Positions 51,177-61,175 of a stretch of 64,000 nt of DNA are shown in pieces. The translations under genes were made by a program, and so were the position numbers. Every line of letters starts with the position of its first letter. Within the stretch, counting starts at the first letter, position 1. The stretch comes from Anaerohalosphaeraceae bacterium. GTDB taxonomy: Bacteria > Planctomycetota > Phycisphaerae > Sedimentisphaerales > Anaerohalosphaeraceae. Under the pieces are notes generated by a model. That model was not told the DNA's origin. It did not search any database and saw nothing but the letters and a program-made list of their open reading frames with translations. The stretch is from the NCBI GenBank assembly GCA_050309605.1, contig JBNRMN010000090.1, positions 1 through 64,000 of the forward strand, in the 5' to 3' direction.

Positions 51177-51398
51177 ATGACGATGAGAAAAAACAATAGC
51201 GTATGGCCGGTAATCGCTCTGCTGATTGCAGTCGGGGTGTTTGGATCGGGATGCAGCTCGCGGGGGATGACTGCGGCTGAAGTCAATCGACGGCACGAAC
51301 GGACAATCCAGAACAATTTGTGGCAGGTTCAGGAAGATATCGATAAGATTTTTCTGCTCGATGGGCCGACCCGTTTAAGCGAACAAATGATACGGTGA
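51177..51398 (+). CDS. Small lipoprotein of unknown function
   Basis: Hydrophobic leader with GSGC lipobox; promoter upstream. Confidence 0.7.
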   Translation: MTMRKNNSVWPVIALLIAVGVFGSGCSSRGMTAAEVNRRHERTIQNNLWQVQEDIDKIFLLDGPTRLSEQMIR

Positions 51399-51475
51399 CC
51401 AGCCTGTCGGCAGTGTGAGGTGCATCAGGGCGAATTACGGCAACCGGTAACGTATTCGGAACAGGAAGCGGATTC

Positions 51476-52339
51476 TTGAATGCGATTCTTGACTATATTC
51501 TGCGCATTGACTTCTATGAACGTTTGATAGTTCTGGCCGAGTTGCTGTTAATTGGGTTGTTTGTTTACGCCGTTGTCAATTTTCTGGAGGGGACGCGCGG
51601 CGAACGGCTTTTTCGCGGGATGATATTCATCCTGGTGGTCGGGTCGCTGATGCTGAATCTGGTGGTCAAAAAGTTCGGCATGGATCGGATCGCCTATTTG
51701 TACGGCGGTTTTCTGATCGCCATCCTCATCATCGGCGTGACCGCCTTTCAGCCGGAAATACGACGGGCACTGATACGCATCGGACAAGCGCGGTTTTTCA
51801 CATCCAGTTCACCGCTCCAACTCAGCCGCAGCGTCGAGCAAATCATTACCGCCGTCAGTCATATGGCCGCATCGCGAACGGGAGCGATTATCGTGATTCC
51901 GCAGCAGGTCGGCCTGGGGGAATTCATCGAAACCGGCGTGCGCATCGATGCGCGCGTAACCGCGGAGTTAATCGAAACGATTTTTTACGAAGGCTCGCCG
52001 CTGCACGATATGGCGATGGTGATTCAGGGCAACCGTATTATTGCCTCACGGGTGCAATTGCCGCTGGCCGAGAGCGAGGCGATGCCCGGCAGGCCGTTAG
52101 GTTCGCGCCACCGGGCGGCCGTGGGCGTGACAAACAGTTCCGACGCCATCGTGATTGTCGTCAGCGAAGAGACCGGCATTGTATCGCTGGCAATGAACGG
52201 AACGCTGATTCGCAATGTTTCCGAGGCTCAACTGCGTCGCCACCTGACTACAGCCGTGGTCAAGACCACGCCGATTCTCGAAAAACTCGGCAAACTTCAG
52301 AAAGACAATGACGATGACGGGGCGGTTGAAGGTTCGTGA
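51476..52339 (+). CDS. cdaA: Diadenylate cyclase CdaA
   Basis: Three N-terminal TMs, FQPEIRR, LHDMA (DGA-variant), GSRHRAA, VSEETG; TTG start. Confidence 0.9.
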   Translation: MNAILDYILRIDFYERLIVLAELLLIGLFVYAVVNFLEGTRGERLFRGMIFILVVGSLMLNLVVKKFGMDRIAYLYGGFLIAILIIGVTAFQPEIRRALIRIGQARFFTSSSPLQLSRSVEQIITAVSHMAASRTGAIIVIPQQVGLGEFIETGVRIDARVTAELIETIFYEGSPLHDMAMVIQGNRIIASRVQLPLAESEAMPGRPLGSRHRAAVGVTNSSDAIVIVVSEETGIVSLAMNGTLIRNVSEAQLRRHLTTAVVKTTPILEKLGKLQKDNDDDGAVEGS

Positions 52340-53355
52340 TGATGTCTGAAAAAGTCAAAAAACTTGCGGCGGTTGTTTTCCTGACCCTCCTGGTTTGGGC
52401 GTGGGCGTATTTGTCGCTGGAGCGGCAGATTTCGCTGTGGGGCACCATTGAACTGTCGCCGGCGGCCGGGCCGGAGTATCTGGTTGCCTTTGAAGACGGC
52501 GCCTCTTTTCCCGTCAAATTGACGTTTAAGGGAACGCCGACCAAAGTCAGCGAGATCGAGCGTCGTTATCGTTCGGCGCTGATGGATCCGCTTCACGAAA
52601 AACTGGTTTATTATTATATGCCGCAGGATTACGGCCATACGACGACGGGTTCATACACGCTTGATTTGCTGGATTTTATTCGACAAAGCCCGACCTATCG
52701 GGAGATGGCGTTGACACTGGAGGCCTGCGAGCCGTCGCGGGTTGAGGTGGATGTGGAGGTGTTGGAATCCAAACAGCTTGCTGTGCAATGCATCGACGAA
52801 ACCGGTGCGCCTCTGGCGGCTGCGGACATCCAGCCCGGCCAGGTCGAGATGTATGTGCGGCCCAATTATACCGGCCCGTCCTATATTCGTCTGTCCGCCC
52901 AGCAGATCGCCGCGGCGCGGCAAGGCCCGATTCGCCAGCGGCCGTATGTGGAGTTGGGTCCGACCGGCCCGCGCCGAATCGCCGATGAAGAAGTCCGTAT
53001 CGCCCTGCCGGCCACCGAACAGCTCAACGAATATCCGTTTCAGCCGCAGAGCATCGGTTTCATTTTCAGCCGAAATTCCACCATTCCATCGCGTTTTCGC
53101 GTTCAGATTGAAAACGAGAGCGACCTGCGCACCATTCATTTCCGGGCAACCGAAGAGGCCTATGAGGCCTATCGGCGAATGCGGTATCACCTGTTGATCG
53201 AGATTCGTGAAGAGGATGCGGCATTGGAGGAGATTCCGCCGCGCGAAGTGATCTTTAACTTCCCTCCGGAATTTGTCCGCAACGGACAGATCGAGGCCAC
53301 TTCGTCCAAGACTGCGATGATTCAACTGGTTCCTGTAAGCCCGTCCGGCGGCTGA
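52336..53355 (+). CDS. CdaR/YbbR-like membrane-anchored protein
   Basis: N-terminal TM, beta-rich extracytoplasmic part; start overlaps the cdaA stop. Confidence 0.6.
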   Translation: MMMSEKVKKLAAVVFLTLLVWAWAYLSLERQISLWGTIELSPAAGPEYLVAFEDGASFPVKLTFKGTPTKVSEIERRYRSALMDPLHEKLVYYYMPQDYGHTTTGSYTLDLLDFIRQSPTYREMALTLEACEPSRVEVDVEVLESKQLAVQCIDETGAPLAAADIQPGQVEMYVRPNYTGPSYIRLSAQQIAAARQGPIRQRPYVELGPTGPRRIADEEVRIALPATEQLNEYPFQPQSIGFIFSRNSTIPSRFRVQIENESDLRTIHFRATEEAYEAYRRMRYHLLIEIREEDAALEEIPPREVIFNFPPEFVRNGQIEATSSKTAMIQLVPVSPSGG

Positions 53356-53406
53356 TGGGGCCGATTTTCCCGCGGGGCGGCGGCAGACCCGCAAACCGTG
53401 AACAGA

Positions 53407-55143
53407 TCACTGTTTTTTACAGAACACAATGACGGTTTCGACGGTCATCCACGCCGCCAGTATCAAAACGATACCGCCGACAATGGTCAGCAGATGATTT
53501 TGTTTGCCGATGTAACTGATTTCGTTCAGCACCATGGCCCAGCCGGTCAGGATGACCATCACCAAACAGGGTAGTCCGGCAACCAGAAACCCCAGGCCGC
53601 CTTTGCGTTTCAGGTACATCGTTACCACCAGCAGCGCCAGCGCCGCCAGAAGCTGGTTGACCGTTCCGAACAGCGGCCAGAGGACCTTGGCACCGGTGGC
53701 GTCGGCGCCGAAGGCAATGTGTCCGCCCTCGGTCTTGATGAAGGCCAGTGCCGCGGCCGTCATAACCGCCAAGGTCGTGGCCGTCCAGCGATTCGTCAGG
53801 GCCGGCAGTTTGAAATCCTCAGCCAGTTCGCCGACGACATAGCGCTGCAGTCGCACGGCGGTATCCAGCGTGGTTCCGGCAAACGAGGCGACAAATACTC
53901 CCATCAAAGCGAAGCCGAGCGTCTGCGGAATGCCCAGCGAAGCCATTAGGTTGGCTGCGCCGCCGATAACCGGCGCCAGGTTGTCGCCCAGCCCCTTTTC
54001 ACCCATCCACGAACTGTAATAATGCTGCCAGGCCTCCTGCCCGTTCATCTGACCGATGCCCAGACTCAACCCCGCTGCGATGCATAAGATCACCAGTACC
54101 GCCAGGCCGCCTTCGACGAGCATGGAGCCGTAACCGACGAACTGAGCGTCGGTTTCTTTGCCGAGCTGTTTGGTGCTGGTACCGCTGGCCACGAGCGAAT
54201 GAAAACCGCTGATCGCGCCGCAGGCGATAATCACGAACATCATCGGCAGCAGCGGCGGCGCATCGGCTCCGGCGGTCTGTATCGCCGGGGCGACCAGTTC
54301 AAACTCCGTCCGAGTCAAGGCCGTAACGGTGATGCCGGCAGCCAGCATCGCCATGATGATAAACAACTGCCAAGCGTTGATGTAATCCCGCGGCTGAAGC
54401 AGCACGGTTACCGGCAAGGTCGAGGCAAAGAAGGCGTAAATCAGCAGCAGTATCGTCCACATACCGGTCGGCGGGATGCGCCACGTGTCAGGAAACTGCG
54501 AAGGAAAAAGCCCGGCCTGTTCGTTCCACGCCCCCAATGCGACAGCACCGTACATCAGCCCGACGGCCATGACGGTTGCCAACAGGACATTGACATTTTT
54601 TTTATAGACCATCCAGCCCAGGCCGACGGCGATGGGGATTTGCAGCCAAACCGCCGCAACCGATTGCGGATACAGCTTAAACACAGTGGCGATGACGATG
54701 CCGAAGATAGCGATGATAATCAGCAGGGCAAAAAAGACAATCAGAAAGAAGATCAGCCGGACGCGCGTATTGATGTACCGTGCGGCGATCTCGGAGATGC
54801 TTTTGCCCTCGTTGCGCAGCGACACGACCAGTGTGCCGAAATCGTGCACCGCACCCATCAGAATACAGCCGACCGTAACCCACAGCAGCGCCGGCAGCCA
54901 GCCCCAGATGATCCCGATGGCCGGCCCGACAATCGGTCCCGTGCCGGCAATGGAGGTAAAATGATGACCAAAGACGATGCCCCGTCGTGTCGGCACAAAA
55001 TCGACGCCATCCTGTTTTTCGCGACTGGGCACGGGGGCGTCGGGCAGCAGCCGAAAAATTCGCCGCGCCAAAAACCGCCCGTACGTATGATACGCCGCCA
55101 CATACCCGATCAAACACGCCAACATTAACAAAAGTACAGTCAT
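53407..55143 (-). CDS. cstA: Carbon starvation protein A family transporter
   Basis: GHHFTSIAGTGPIVGP, LLQPRDY, ACGAISGFH, LWPLFG. Confidence 0.93.
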   Translation of the reverse strand: MTVLLLMLACLIGYVAAYHTYGRFLARRIFRLLPDAPVPSREKQDGVDFVPTRRGIVFGHHFTSIAGTGPIVGPAIGIIWGWLPALLWVTVGCILMGAVHDFGTLVVSLRNEGKSISEIAARYINTRVRLIFFLIVFFALLIIIAIFGIVIATVFKLYPQSVAAVWLQIPIAVGLGWMVYKKNVNVLLATVMAVGLMYGAVALGAWNEQAGLFPSQFPDTWRIPPTGMWTILLLIYAFFASTLPVTVLLQPRDYINAWQLFIIMAMLAAGITVTALTRTEFELVAPAIQTAGADAPPLLPMMFVIIACGAISGFHSLVASGTSTKQLGKETDAQFVGYGSMLVEGGLAVLVILCIAAGLSLGIGQMNGQEAWQHYYSSWMGEKGLGDNLAPVIGGAANLMASLGIPQTLGFALMGVFVASFAGTTLDTAVRLQRYVVGELAEDFKLPALTNRWTATTLAVMTAAALAFIKTEGGHIAFGADATGAKVLWPLFGTVNQLLAALALLVVTMYLKRKGGLGFLVAGLPCLVMVILTGWAMVLNEISYIGKQNHLLTIVGGIVLILAAWMTVETVIVFCKKQ

Positions 55144-55155
55144 GACGACCTCCAC

Positions 55156-56100
55156 TTAAATTGAATCATGAGGCCCTAAAAATCGGTCCCCGTTATAGTG
55201 TATCAGATGGTCGGGCATTTCTGCAATCCAGACTTCCGTTTCCCACGCGATGTCTTTGAGATGCTTTCGAAACTCGGTAAAATCAGGAAACGCACTGACA
55301 AACACAAGCCCGGCTTTGATCGACCGGAAGATTTTCTTCAGTTCCGTGACTCGCTTGGGATTCATCGGACCGTGAGAGGTAACAACTTCAATCAGATAAA
55401 GCCATTGTTTGCTTTCTTGGTATAAGATGATATCCGGTAGTTTGTCATGATCGCTCAAAATGATTCCCAGTTTCCTGAGGTCATGACTGTTGTAATACAG
55501 ATTTTTTTTGGCGGTATCACTCAGATACAGCACTTTCGCTCCCGGCGCAAAACGCGGCCCGAATTCTTCAAGTACTTTGATCTGAACAAGATTGTGTTTG
55601 CCCGGTGACAGGCTCAATTGCTTGCCGTTCGGCAAAGTCAAAGGAATCTGTTTTATGCGCCTTGGATTTTGATACAGCTCTATCAGCAAGCCGTGTTTTT
55701 TGATAAATGCATCACAGGCTTTCTCTTGTTTGGCAGTATTCCATGCCTGAAGAACCTGAAGACATTCGGATGTCAAAGCATAATGTGCATTAGGGTTGTT
55801 GGTGGGCAATGCGGCGTTATCCGGATTGTAATCGGCAATACGAGCCTGAACGAATTGATGGAGCACCTGGCGCCGAAACGTCTCACGCGTATTGGGTGCG
55901 TACTGTTTTCCGTAATATCGGGATATAAAGGCCATAATCCCTTTTGTAATAGTCATTGATTGGCGTGTTGCCTTGTGCCAGGAATCGCGAGGCTTTAGGT
56001 TCGCCAGTGCCAACAGAGTGAGTCCCGAGATATCATTTTGCTGGGCTTTCGGCAACCCGAGTACCGTCAAAATTGTTTTGGCCTCCTCGATTTTCTTCAT
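55156..56100 (-). CDS. Type II restriction endonuclease, BsuBI/PstI family
   Basis: YAPNTRETFRRQ, LSPGKHN, KLPDIILY, IEVVTSHGP, IAWETEVW, IHYNG. Confidence 0.9.
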   Translation of the reverse strand: MKKIEEAKTILTVLGLPKAQQNDISGLTLLALANLKPRDSWHKATRQSMTITKGIMAFISRYYGKQYAPNTRETFRRQVLHQFVQARIADYNPDNAALPTNNPNAHYALTSECLQVLQAWNTAKQEKACDAFIKKHGLLIELYQNPRRIKQIPLTLPNGKQLSLSPGKHNLVQIKVLEEFGPRFAPGAKVLYLSDTAKKNLYYNSHDLRKLGIILSDHDKLPDIILYQESKQWLYLIEVVTSHGPMNPKRVTELKKIFRSIKAGLVFVSAFPDFTEFRKHLKDIAWETEVWIAEMPDHLIHYNGDRFLGPHDSI

Positions 56101-56115
56101 CGCCTTTATGTCCTT

Positions 56116-57726
56116 TTATCGTTGAAAAAAAAGCGCTGCAATAGCCTCGACGTTACAGCCGTCAAATCCCGCTTCTAAAGCAATCTGACCGGCTTGGATT
56201 ATTGTTTCGAGAGGCGGCAGCGGAATCAGTGAAATTTCCATTGCGCCCACTTGAGTATTTCCGTTAATAACGCGAAAATAGGTATCCAGATGTTTGCTGT
56301 TCAATAAGACTGCAAGTCCGGTCGCCTCTTGAGGTGTCAGCGTGCCTTCCCGTTTATATATATAATTTAGATGATTTTCAAGTCCAAGATGCGAGACCGG
56401 CAGAAGCGATTTCAGATATGGCGCAGCAACCAGGCGACGTTGTTCTTCTTTGGCACTGAAGCGCCTTACAAGGATGAGGTTTTGATTTCTTACACAAAGT
56501 TTTGCAGTTTCATTGCAAAGCCGAAGCCATTGCGGTTTTTTGTGTGTATGGGTTGGCCATTGGATTTTCATAGAACGAATATGATGAAGCCACAACAAGG
56601 GCACCGCCTCATTCGGTTGAGTGTCACTGTACAACAGAAAATCATGTGAACGAAACGCCACCACCGGACCGGTAGAAATGTGCAGGTTGTATTTTTCGAA
56701 AGAACCGGGCCAGGCCAGAATGCGCTCGACTATTTGCTCTTCGCCGCGATTTTTCGGCAAACGCAGAATATTCATTTTTGATCTGGTATCCAGCAATGAG
56801 TCGGCATCATAAACAGAGGCTTGAGCCTGGTTAAGGTCGTCGGCCGAATTGCTGACGGAGATGTGAATTGCGGTTTGTGTTTTTTGTTGTCTCCACAGAT
56901 CGCTTCGCGTCCCTTTTAGAATAATCATTTCCTGAAGAACGCCGTCCTTTTTGAAACCGTCGCGTCGCGAATCGAACAGATGGATAAGTTCCGGTCTGAT
57001 GAGGTTGAAAAAGTAATCTCGAAATCGCTTGAAGTAAAACCCTGAAGCGAAACTTCGAGGCGTGATGAACACAAGTTGTCCGCCCTTTTTCAGCAGCGCC
57101 GCCGAGACGGCCATAAACAGTGCGTAGATATTGGGTTGTCCGTAAATGACCGACAGAGCAGCGACTGCTCGGCGATCTGACTTGGAAAGCTTGAAATATG
57201 GAGGATTGGAGATACAAACATCATAGGCGGCGATCGCATCATTAAACAACAATGAGCCGCTACAGAGCGCATCCGCATGCTCAAGAATAAAATCGTTGGT
57301 ATGGATTTGATAGTCGAGTTTGACAGAATGACGATTTAGAATACTCGACATGTGCGACATACATGTGTCCAGTAATACAGACAAATCAGGGTCGGCTTCA
57401 TAGAGATCAAGGCGGATGATTTTCATCTGATGTGGGTTTCGGATAATTTGTTCACAGACTGCGCAAGACAGGATTCCGCAACCGGCCCCCGGATCAAGAA
57501 TTCGTATTTCCGGTCCGACCGGTGCTGTCAAAGAGGCCATAAATTGCGCGATGTCGGCTGAGGTAAAAAATTGACCGAATTGTTTCTTGTGTTCTCGCGA
57601 ACGGCGGGCAGAGAACCACTCTCCCAGTCTTTGGGCGTACTCGACCGCCGATTCTTCGAGGCTCGATTTCGGGATTTCCGAGGCTGTTTGCGGTAACTCT
57701 GGTTTGTGCTTTTTGAGTTTTAACAT
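56116..57726 (-). CDS. N6-adenine DNA methyltransferase (gamma class, BsuBI/PstI-type)
   Basis: GQFFT, motif I LDPGAGCG, motif IV NPPY, RRFSAKEE, ENHLN, NGNTQV. Confidence 0.92.
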   Translation of the reverse strand: MLKLKKHKPELPQTASEIPKSSLEESAVEYAQRLGEWFSARRSREHKKQFGQFFTSADIAQFMASLTAPVGPEIRILDPGAGCGILSCAVCEQIIRNPHQMKIIRLDLYEADPDLSVLLDTCMSHMSSILNRHSVKLDYQIHTNDFILEHADALCSGSLLFNDAIAAYDVCISNPPYFKLSKSDRRAVAALSVIYGQPNIYALFMAVSAALLKKGGQLVFITPRSFASGFYFKRFRDYFFNLIRPELIHLFDSRRDGFKKDGVLQEMIILKGTRSDLWRQQKTQTAIHISVSNSADDLNQAQASVYDADSLLDTRSKMNILRLPKNRGEEQIVERILAWPGSFEKYNLHISTGPVVAFRSHDFLLYSDTQPNEAVPLLWLHHIRSMKIQWPTHTHKKPQWLRLCNETAKLCVRNQNLILVRRFSAKEEQRRLVAAPYLKSLLPVSHLGLENHLNYIYKREGTLTPQEATGLAVLLNSKHLDTYFRVINGNTQVGAMEISLIPLPPLETIIQAGQIALEAGFDGCNVEAIAALFFQR

Positions 57727-57731
57727 AACCG

Positions 57732-59051
57732 TTATGTTTTCTCTGTTCGTTGTCGCAGGAGCAGTCGGATGGGGACTTCTTCCAGTCCGAGCAGTTCGCC
57801 CAGTCGATGGGTCAGGAAGCGCTGGTGCGGTTCATCGAACAGGGCGGGCCGATTGACAAACAGCAGGATGCTGATCGGTCGGACGGCCACTTGTGTCGCG
57901 TAGTAAATTTTCGGGACGCCGCGCTTGCTGCGGGCGCCGAAGCGTTCTTCGCTGATGATTTTAATCGCCTTGTTGAGCCGGCCGGTGGGGATTTTCGTGC
58001 CGGCCTGCTTGAACAGTTCCGCGGCGATATCCAGCACGCTTTGGATGTTTTTGGCGTCTTTGGCGGTGGTAAAGGCAATCGGGGCGTGCCGCAGGCCGAC
58101 GAGCACCTTGTCCAGATAGTCGGCGTAGTCCTCCGAGGCGGCGACGTCTTTGGCCAGGTCCCACTTGTTGACGATCAGGATGCAGGGCTTGAACTCGTCG
58201 CGCACCAGGTGGCCGAGTTTTTTGTCCACCTGCGACACGGGCGTGGTCGCGTCCATCATAAACAGCACCACGTCGGCCCGGCGGATGCTGCGCAGGGCGC
58301 GGGTATAGCCGTAGTATTCGATGTCGTGGGTCATCTTGCCGACTTTGCGGACGCCGGCGGTGTCGATGATCATATACTGCCGGCCGTCTTTTTCGAACAG
58401 CACGTCCACCGCGTCGCGCGTCGTGCCGGGGATGTCGCTGGTGATGACGCGATCCTGTCCGACGACGGCGTTGATGAAGGTGCTCTTGCCGGCGTTGCGC
58501 TTGCCGACGATGGCGATTTTCATCACGGCCTGGACGGGCTTTTCTTTGGGCAGGTGATCCAGGGCGGCATCGATACGGTCGAGCAGCTCGCCGCGATTGA
58601 CCAGATTCCTGGCCGAGATGCAGATCGGCTCGCCGAAGCCCAGCCGCACGAATTCCCCGGCCAGCGGCAGCTGTTTGGGGCTGTCGGCCTTGTTGGCCAC
58701 CGGCATCACGGGCAGGTCGTGCTTGCGAAGCAGTTGGGCGATGCGCGTATCCAGCGGGGTGATCCCCTCGCGGATATCCACCACGAACAGCACCAGACTG
58801 GCCTGGCTGATGGCCTGAAAGATCTGGTTTTCGACGTGGCTTTCCAGTGCGTCACTATCGACAATGCCGTAGCCGCCGGTATCGACCAGCTCAAAAAACC
58901 GCTCGTTGTACTCCAGAATTGTGCTCACGCGGTCGCGCGTCACCCCGGCCGTCGGATCGACGATACTGATCATCTGGCCCGACAGCGAGTTGAGCAGACT
59001 GCTCTTGCCGACATTCGGTCGGCCGATAATTGCCACCACAGGAAGCGCCAT
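57732..59051 (-). CDS. der: Ribosome biogenesis GTPase Der
   Basis: Two G domains: GRPNVGKS/DTGG/NKAD and GKRNAGKS/DTAG/NKWD. Confidence 0.96.
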   Translation of the reverse strand: MALPVVAIIGRPNVGKSSLLNSLSGQMISIVDPTAGVTRDRVSTILEYNERFFELVDTGGYGIVDSDALESHVENQIFQAISQASLVLFVVDIREGITPLDTRIAQLLRKHDLPVMPVANKADSPKQLPLAGEFVRLGFGEPICISARNLVNRGELLDRIDAALDHLPKEKPVQAVMKIAIVGKRNAGKSTFINAVVGQDRVITSDIPGTTRDAVDVLFEKDGRQYMIIDTAGVRKVGKMTHDIEYYGYTRALRSIRRADVVLFMMDATTPVSQVDKKLGHLVRDEFKPCILIVNKWDLAKDVAASEDYADYLDKVLVGLRHAPIAFTTAKDAKNIQSVLDIAAELFKQAGTKIPTGRLNKAIKIISEERFGARSKRGVPKIYYATQVAVRPISILLFVNRPALFDEPHQRFLTHRLGELLGLEEVPIRLLLRQRTEKT

Positions 59052-59284
59052 AAATCTCTCAAAACCGAAGGGATATTGTAAATTAGACAATAAATGATTA
59101 TAACTGCTTAATCTCACAATGCAAAGAACACTTCTAATTTGCTTGCACGAGTGCTTAAATGTTTGATTTCCAATTTGACGCTTGATTGTGGACGATTAGA
59201 GGCTGAAATTATCGATTGTGTTCGGTTGTTTTCTTCAAAACCAGACAAACATGATTTAGAGATTGCCGTAAATAAATATCAGAT

Positions 59285-59312
59285 TTGACAATTTATCGTT
59301 TTTTCATATAAT
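59285..59312 (+). promoter_or_regulatory. Consensus sigma70 promoter of the TIGR04255 operon
   Basis: TTGACA-N16-TATAAT. Confidence 0.75.
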
Positions 59313-59374
59313 GTCACTTCACGACTGTGTGATCTTGTAACCGGACAGGAGTATATATCCTGAGGAGATGAAGA

Positions 59375-60193
59375 ATGGATGTAGGGACCAAGCCAATACC
59401 GAGTTTTAAGAAACCTCCTGTAACAGAGGTTGTTCTGGGTGTTCAGTTTGACAAGCTTAAGTCCTTTAATTCACTTCACTACGGCCTATACAGAGAGAGA
59501 GTGGCTATAAATTACCCAAATTACGAAGATCGCCCCCCTCTTGTCAGTTCCTTTGAGCTTTTCGGAGACAAGGCTCAGTCATTTTTCAAGCAGCATATGT
59601 CTTCGATACCTCCGTTACGGAGAGGGTGGTTTATCGAAAAAGAAGGGAACAGGCTTATTCAGATCGACCCGGAACACTTTTTTCATAACTGGCGAAAGGT
59701 CACCGGCGATGAAAACTACCCCAGATATCCCAAGGTCAAAGAAGATTTTTTGGCTTTGTGGGGTGATTATTTAGAATTTTTAAAGGACGTTGCTTCGGAA
59801 GAGGTTAAAGTCAATCATTGGGAAGTCACCTATGTCAACCATATTGATAAAACTGAAGGATGGGATAATCTTGACGATTTGGAAAATATTTTCGCCCAAT
59901 GGTCCAGTGGCCTGACAGAAGGCTTTCTGTCTGTTCCGGAAACTCTTGAAATCAAGCAAACGTATGCCTTTCCAGAGCAAAGGGGACGATTGCATGTCGT
60001 TCTTCAGCCGGCAATCAGACATCGAGACAACAAGGAATGCATATTGCTCAGATTGACGGCACGAGGCCGACTGGATTCAAGTGAACCAGAAACAGTATCA
60101 AAGCATCTGGATATGGGCCGAGAATGGATCGTAAGAGGTTTTGCTGACCTGACAACTCCCAAAGCTCATGAATTATGGCAAAGAGAGGTTTGA
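59375..60193 (+). CDS. TIGR04255 family protein
   Basis: FKKPPVTEVVLGVQF, R.WF, LIQ, NWRK, YPRY, YVNHI, F..LTT...H..W pattern. Confidence 0.85.
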   Translation: MDVGTKPIPSFKKPPVTEVVLGVQFDKLKSFNSLHYGLYRERVAINYPNYEDRPPLVSSFELFGDKAQSFFKQHMSSIPPLRRGWFIEKEGNRLIQIDPEHFFHNWRKVTGDENYPRYPKVKEDFLALWGDYLEFLKDVASEEVKVNHWEVTYVNHIDKTEGWDNLDDLENIFAQWSSGLTEGFLSVPETLEIKQTYAFPEQRGRLHVVLQPAIRHRDNKECILLRLTARGRLDSSEPETVSKHLDMGREWIVRGFADLTTPKAHELWQREV

Positions 60194-60194
60194 T

Positions 60195-60680
60195 ATGACA
60201 CCTGAAACAGTAATTTCCGACCCTATTACAATAAAAGACAGCTATGAACTTCGGGATGAATTTGATTCTTTGGGCACTGTCTCAAGTTGCTCTACAGACG
60301 ATTTTTTTTCTGTCAACCTGACCGCTGTAGCATATCGAGCATTGAGTCAACTTAATGCCATAGCACAGTTGGCGGATGATTGGGATTCTTATGGAAGTCC
60401 GCGATTAAGCGAAGAACTGTACTCGAGCGCAAAAAAACTTGTTGACTTAATTCAAGATGCCTTTGTTTCACAGGCTCCCGATGTCGTTCCTGTTTCGGGC
60501 GGCGGTGTTCAATTCGAATGGCAGTACGGGGGCTGTGAATTAGAAATAGAATTCTCAAGTCCTTTTGAGGTTGCGTATCTCAAGGTTTTTGAAGATGAGA
60601 GTATGGAAGAAGGTGTATTTTCGATAGAGGAAATGGAAACCGAAGTCCGCAAGCTCCTGTCTTGGCTCTTTGCATATTAA
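60195..60680 (+). CDS. Acidic hypothetical protein with WDSYG motif
   Basis: LADDWDSYGS...P...GGVQFEW...LEIEF; starts immediately after the upstream stop. Confidence 0.75.
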   Translation: MTPETVISDPITIKDSYELRDEFDSLGTVSSCSTDDFFSVNLTAVAYRALSQLNAIAQLADDWDSYGSPRLSEELYSSAKKLVDLIQDAFVSQAPDVVPVSGGGVQFEWQYGGCELEIEFSSPFEVAYLKVFEDESMEEGVFSIEEMETEVRKLLSWLFAY

Positions 60681-60689
60681 CAAAGAACA

Positions 60690-61130
60690 ATGGGTAATGA
60701 AATGAATGCTGCCGAAGGAGCAACACAAAACAGCGTCGATGACAATGAATTACTCTATCGCTGTATAGTTGTTAATATCGAACCGCAACAGTCGGCTCAA
60801 ATTATTTGGGATGACAATGCTAAAAAATATCGTTTGACGTCTGCTGCTTTTAAGGATCCAGATAATTCTGTAGATATTGCCTCAAAAACGACTCCACAAG
60901 AATGTCTTGGAAGAAAGCCAAAAAGCGGGGCGGTTGCCGTCCTGTTGGCGATTGAACCCAAAAAACTGGGGTATCGTGTAGTTGAAGATCCTCTTCAAGA
61001 CAATCCGGCGCATGCGTTAATTCTCAGCGGAGGAAAGCCGATGAAGAAAGCACATAAAAGGATATTGGTGAAAAAGTGTCGATGGGTAATCGCCCCAAAG
61101 GGGTTTGATATGCTTGAGCCTGTGATTTAA
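60690..61130 (+). CDS. Basic-tailed hypothetical protein, possible ADP-ribosyltransferase/RES-like fold
   Basis: ELLYR...SAAFKD..NSVD...NPAHALI; the fold is an inference. Confidence 0.6.
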   Translation: MGNEMNAAEGATQNSVDDNELLYRCIVVNIEPQQSAQIIWDDNAKKYRLTSAAFKDPDNSVDIASKTTPQECLGRKPKSGAVAVLLAIEPKKLGYRVVEDPLQDNPAHALILSGGKPMKKAHKRILVKKCRWVIAPKGFDMLEPVI

Positions 61131-61175
61131 TCAAAACGCGGATTTGTGTGACACTATTTAGCGAATACTCAAGAG

